Notes under the pieces: model-generated
Seen by the model: the letters and a program-made list of their open reading frames with translations, nothing else
The model's database searches: none
What the model was told of the DNA's origin: nothing
Shown: positions 59,181 to 64,000 of the stretch, piece after piece
Layout of the letters: each line of letters starts with the position of its first letter
Numbering within the stretch: the first letter of the stretch is position 1
From: Amoebophrya sp. A120
Taxonomy: Eukaryota; Protista; Dinoflagellata
Reading direction: 5' to 3'
Assembly: GCA_905178155.1 (NCBI GenBank)
Contig: CAJINV010000012.1
Coordinates: forward strand, 802,004 to 866,003
DNA: 64,000 nucleotides
Program-made: the position numbers and the translations under genes

Positions 59181-61728
59181 CGTTGCCATTTTCGTTACTT
59201 CTGTTGCTGGGCGGTTGTGAAGATGACGCTTATTTTTTAGCGCGAAAGTACCCCTAACGAACAAATCGAAAACAAATTGCACCCATTTTCAAAAAAAATG
59301 AATTCAAAAAAGATGGTCGGGATCCTCCATTGTTCCATACAAGCAGCAGCGTTCCAGGCGGTTCACATGGTTTTCTCAGATAGAATAGGTTTGGTCTCAA
59401 TTTTGCATAGCATTCGCCGAAACCGACGGTGGACATGTTTTTTCACAGCGACCGATATTGGAAACGTTAGAAGATTTGATCAAGATTTACCACAGCATCG
59501 GAATTTGGTTACTTCGCAGTGTTTTCCCTATCGCTACGAGAACTTGCAGGACTTAGAAAGCTGAAACGATTAGCGATGGCACCGAAGGGCTTCATGGCCC
59601 GGCTGAAGGCCGGGGAGAAACTCAGCGCAGCAGATTGGGCGACGCCACCACGCGGGGGGCATTCGGATTCAGCTCCAAAGGAAGGTCGCACCCTGCCGGC
59701 TAGGCAGTTTGATGTCCCGGACCTCGACACGAAAGTTGCATGTGTGGGCCAGAAGAGTGGAGAGGAGGAGAACCGGAGCAACTCCGTCGACGGCTTCTTC
59801 AAGCACCAGCCCGCGCCGGATAGTATGTTGATGGAAATTGTAGTCGCGCCAGCATTTGTGTTGCGAGGACAGCGTGATTGATGTACGTTCTCAATCACAT
59901 CCTGCAACACAAATGCCGTCGCGCCTACGCATTTTCATCTTCATCTCGAAGTGGCACGCTCGGGCTTATTCGAAGATCGTCTTCCTCATCATGCAGTTCT
60001 ACAAGGCGGCCATGGTTAAGCTGTGCAAGTCATTTACGCCCACCCACAAGCTAATTCGTATCGAAGCGGACGCAACACCGGTCGGGCATCGGGTACAACA
60101 GAGCTACGGGCAGACGATCGACCGCAGTGCCAAGGCGTTTTTAACCATCTGTGACGTCAGCTGGCTGCTTTCGGATGTTGAACCAGAAAAAGCCGACAGC
60201 GCAACTTGGATCACCTTTAATACGCCGTCGGAGGTGCGGCTGATTCAGAAGCAACACTACGACGACCAAACGGAGACAGATATGGTTTTCGATTTGTTAG
60301 CCTCCGTCCCGGGGCTCAAGGAGGCGGCCACCGGCGCGACCGGTGTGTTGGAAGTGAGTATCGTGGTGGACGCGGCGAAGTCGAACGTGAGCGCCCTGCA
60401 CCTCTTCTGCCAGTGGGTGCACGATTTGAATCCGCAGGTCGTCTGCGTCGCCCGGTTTTGTAGTCTACATGCCGCCAGCCACTCGATGCAAGACGCCTGC
60501 AGCCTCGTTCTTTGCGACCTTCTCGGGAAAAACGTGAAGGCTTTGGAAAAGAGAATTTTTTTGGTCACCCGCCTCTACTCCGCACAGACCGCAACTATCC
60601 AGGACAACACACAAAAGATGATCGACCGGGGGCTGGTGACGGTGGAAGACGCTACAACAGAAGGGGATCCGCAGCGATCTGCTTTCCGCGAGTATTGCCA
60701 AATGATGGGGCTGGACAGCAAGCGGGTCGGGGATGACGTTGCCATTTTCGTTACTTCTGTTGCTGGGCGGTTGTGATGACGCTTATTTTATGATCTAGTC
60801 AACATCTTCTCCGACGGATAGATCATCCTATGGATGATCATCGTTGGATGTGCGCTCCGGGAGTCAGGAGGTGCAGGCGCCCGCGACCAAGCATGTGGAG
60901 AGCCTACCCCACCGGCGGAGACGCAACGCATCGACGCGACCCAAAGAACCCTACGGCACCAGCTGGAGATGAATTTGGGTACCGAACAGCCGCCCCACAC
61001 GCAAGAGTGCGTGCGACGACACCGACTGAGATGCCAAAGACTGTCACACAGCATCCCAACAAGGCTCCAAAAGGGCGAAACAAAGCGCCTTCGCCCTGGC
61101 CCTTAGCAAAATCCTTGTCAACTACCGAAACCACAAGAGCAGCTAGTGGCAGAAGCGCTGCCCAAGAATCAGCGTAAGAACGTTTAATATAGGAAATAAC
61201 TCCCCGGAAGCTCCGGCTTCACTTCGGATACGTAGTGCGCTTGACCACTCGCACACTGATGAAAGAGGTCTCAACCCTGACAACTCGGCCGGGATGCGGC
61301 CGGGGAAATGCTGGAAAGTCATCGAGCAACAAGAAGTACTCAGATCAAGAGCCCACGGGGATGAACGCGCCCCCAGGTCAAAGACCTGCATACCAAACAA
61401 CTATCCAGGAAGGAACCTTCCAAAGCACAAGAGTAGACCTCGCGGCGGTGGCCACAACGCCCGCGCAAGCTGTGTGTCTCAAACGGAAATAATAACTTCG
61501 GCGCGGGATCCTTTCCGAAGACACTGCGTGCAAAGAAAACTCGGAGCCACCCGGCACCATGACACAGGGAAAGAGAGTCCGGAGCCCATGAAAAGATTGG
61601 AGCCGTCATCTGCGACACCCTTCCGGAGATGCGCGCGAACTCACTAAGACTGCCTCTGGAGCAGTAAGCCACCGTTTCCATTTTCGTTACTTCTGTTGCT
61701 GGGCGGTTGTGATGACGCTTATTTTTTT
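59181..61728 (+). repeat. Three direct repeats of about 53 bp separated by 1.5-kb and 0.88-kb unique inserts
   Basis: CGTTGCCATTTTCGTTACTTCTGTTGCTGGGCGGTTGTGATGACGCTTATTTT at 59181, 60737 and 61673. Confidence 0.95.
59576..60776 (+). pseudogene. Truncated DDE transposase of the hAT-like (CxxH) type
   Basis: IRIEADAT (first D), SIVVDAAKSNVSA (hAT-like tDnasN..A), RFCSLHAASHS (CxxH); frame change near 59870; cut at the repeat at 60737 before any catalytic E. Confidence 0.65.
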
Positions 61729-62550
61729 ATGGTACCACATCAAGTTGATAAGGAAGTCTTGAAGAACTGGTATGTCTGAAACATGTTCAACTTCAACTTC
61801 AATCTTCTGGCGAAACTTTGCAGCTTAAGTAGGTAATCGAATCCTTGAATTTCAATTTCTTCTGTGGTAGTAAAAAATTCCTTGTACAGGTACGGAACCA
61901 AGGCCCGCCACGAAGAAATCTCGAAGAAGAATGCTCGATTGTGCGACTTCTGCGAATGTTGACGCACTGACAATAGCAATACAACAAGATACAATAAGCT
62001 TTGCAGCTTGCCGCTCTCTTGCAAGAGAGAATGGGAAACATGAATGGGTATAAAAATAAATATCAAAGCACCCACAATGATGAATCTATAATCTAAACAG
62101 CGTTCTTCAGAAAGATTTTGATGATCTTCGAGAAGATATGTTGACGTTTGCAAGTAGAAACACATCGATCACGTGCAGCCTAGATAAACTTCGTTGACTC
62201 ATTTGCATTTCATATTCCAGATACATAGAATTAGAATTCCTCTAGTCAACCTTCTGCGCACCCAGCTGGCTCCCGCCAGCACCGGGATAAAGTATACAGC
62301 TTGCCGCTCTCTTTCAAGAGGGAAACGTGGATGGAAAGAAGTATTTTCTCAAAGTCCACACTGACGCTAAAATTGGTTTCGCTCCTACTAGGTTCCGCCG
62401 GGAAAATTTGCCAGAGAACAAGAGCGACGAAGGCTCTAGAAGTACTCCTGTGGGCAAATGAATCATGGCATCATGTGCAACCTAGAAGTAGTAGACCTTG
62501 AATTTTTTTTCTCTTTGTTCAAAAGAAAACTACTACAACCTCCTCACTGT

Positions 62551-64000
62551 TTATTTATTGTCCGGCGCCACCTGGTGCGCTCCCGGCTGACCGCTCCCCA
62601 TGTTGATCCCCATCCCTGAATCACCACCAGCAGAATTGTCGATCGGCGGACTAGTCACAACGACTGTCACCGGTGGACCGACCAAATCCGCTTTTCCGGA
62701 TGTCCGTGCGGTCTCATCGACGCCTGCTCCTGGGACTGCTGAGGACGACGAAGCTGCTGCTGCGCTATTTCCCATCGGCACCATCTGTGCGGTGGTCAAC
62801 TGCGTCTGTTGTTGCTGCTGCATCTGTGGTGCTCCCTGCTCCATGTGGGATTTGGTGAATGTGTTGAAAATCTGTTCCAGACTCGTGGGGGAGATCGCGT
62901 ACTCCTTGATCTTAAACTGGACCTTCACCGATTCCAATAGTCCGAACAACTGCCCAAGTTTCTTCTGGTCGGCGAAGATGCGAAAAGTGACCTGCTCACT
63001 ACCGCCCTGCGAATCGGTGAGGAAAGCGCCGGGGAAGGTCTGCGCCACGTAGTCGGTCAGGGTCAAACGGTAGACGGATTGGGTTAACCTGATTTGTATT
63101 CATTTTATTTTGCGTTGCTAGTGCAAGACCAAGATGCTTGTCATGGAGGACAGGAGCGCGCTGTGAAGCTGGAAATGCTCTACTTGAATAGAATCCCTTT
63201 GTTCATGTTCTGACTTAGAATTATGAAAGCCGCCCGCAACCTAAAAAAGAAAATCGTATACCAGTGCAGAATCACTTTCGCCTTGCAGGTTGACGCTTGC
63301 ATCTCCAGCAGCTCGTCGTTCCGGATCTTGTCCTATCAACTGTAAAAATGTCTGGGTCTGGAAACTTGTGATGCTGGGTGGCGTCTCATGATGAGGCCAC
63401 AAATGCTGGCGCAGCATGACAAGTTTCTGAGCTCCTAGGTGTTGCCTATTCTGCATGACAAACTGCGTTTCTGCATCACAGAAAAGCGGAGCTCTTGGGT
63501 AACGTGCATGACAGATTTAAGAGTCATGCCAGACAAGCATGACAAGCCTGGGAATCTTCCAGACCCAGACATTTTTGCATTTGATATGTCCTGCGGTTTG
63601 CTGCTCAGCCGCGCCACGCTCGCATACGGACTCGCACGCGAGGCGCGAAGTAAGAATTGAATCCGCTGCTGCAGTGGCCAAACTGGGTCGTACTGGTGGA
63701 GCAGTTGGCACAGGTGGATCAGCATGATGTTACTGTTCATCGCATTCACATCATCCGGATTCAACATCGCATTGCTACCCAGAAACGTCGTCCATAGTTG
63801 TTTTTGCTCCGTGAAACTCGGGGACTCTAACTTCACGTACAAATCAAACCCGTTTCCGTACTGCGCCTTGATTTCTGGTATCGATTATGCAATACAAATT
63901 TCCCGTACATGTAAAAGATGCATCACAAATTTATTCCCCAATTTGCCGTGTGAAACTTGTCATGCTAAACTAGGATCGAAGCCAAATTTTACCATGCAGA
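62551..64000 (-). CDS. ABCA-subfamily ABC transporter, C-terminal part (continues beyond the window)
   Basis: IPEIKAQYGNGFDLYVKL; LGQLFGLLESVKVQFKIKEYAISPTSLEQIF. Confidence 0.85.
63334..63586. mobile_element. Introner family A
   Basis: TSD TGTCC. Confidence 0.95.
63886..64000. mobile_element. Introner family I, cut by window edge
   Basis: TATGCAATACAAATTTCCCGTACATG left end. Confidence 0.85.

Larger units (their letters stand above)
58593..62420. repeat. Diverged tandem duplication of a unit of about 580 bp; second copy split by inserts
   Basis: 58593-58860 resembles 59171-59238 plus 61729-61915; 58932-59061 nearly identical to 62297-62418. Confidence 0.8.

Noticed and set aside
60771-60790. 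C/D snoRNA suggested by GTGATGA
   Set aside because: Downstream sequence differs among copies; no conserved D box or terminal stem.
59181-61728. CRISPR array
   Set aside because: Only three repeats, kilobase inserts of unequal length, eukaryotic context and no cas genes; reported as an unusual repeat structure instead.
61740-62165. 141-aa minus-strand ORF
   Set aside because: Lies in a decayed duplicated unit, starts at a non-ATG codon and shows no recognisable homology.
8111-63052. Long plus-strand ORFs (e.g. 8111-8701, 12590-13264, 62600-63052)
   Set aside because: Antisense shadows of minus-strand exons.
470-63727. Many short ORFs sharing peptides such as FQTQTFLHLI, PDPDIFAFD, KCKNVWVWK, MSGSG
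   Set aside because: These are translations of introner TIRs in different frames, not a protein family.

Overview
Gene-dense eukaryotic DNA (about 50% GC), most consistent with a Syndiniales dinoflagellate parasite such as Amoebophrya (inferred from intron architecture, not from a database search). Ten host genes all lie on the minus strand: a multi-qRRM hnRNP F/H-like protein, a small Tim chaperone, a Sel1-repeat membrane protein, an HDAC11-like deacetylase, a signal-peptide/C-terminal-TM protein, an MGCGGS-acylated protein, a DUF4116-like protein, a very long TARBP1/Trm3 methyltransferase, a TPT/SLC35 transporter and the end of an ABCA transporter. About 59 short (110-360 bp, longer when nested) inverted-repeat elements from about 13 families are present, nearly all inside genes. 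They run TA...TA (mostly TAT[C/G]...[C/G]ATA), are flanked by 5-bp target-site duplications (TSDs) and carry repeated GCATGACAA-type motifs. In every junction I checked, removing the element plus one TSD copy restores the reading frame, so they behave as non-GT-AG introner introns. Also seen: intergenic TA/5-bp-TSD MITEs lacking the motif, elements nested inside introners, five loci where unrelated 0.3-1.8 kb inserts sit between 18-68 bp direct repeats (one is a three-repeat array carrying a truncated hAT-like transposase), and GATC-dense intergenic patches. Coordinates were read by eye and may be off by a few bases.
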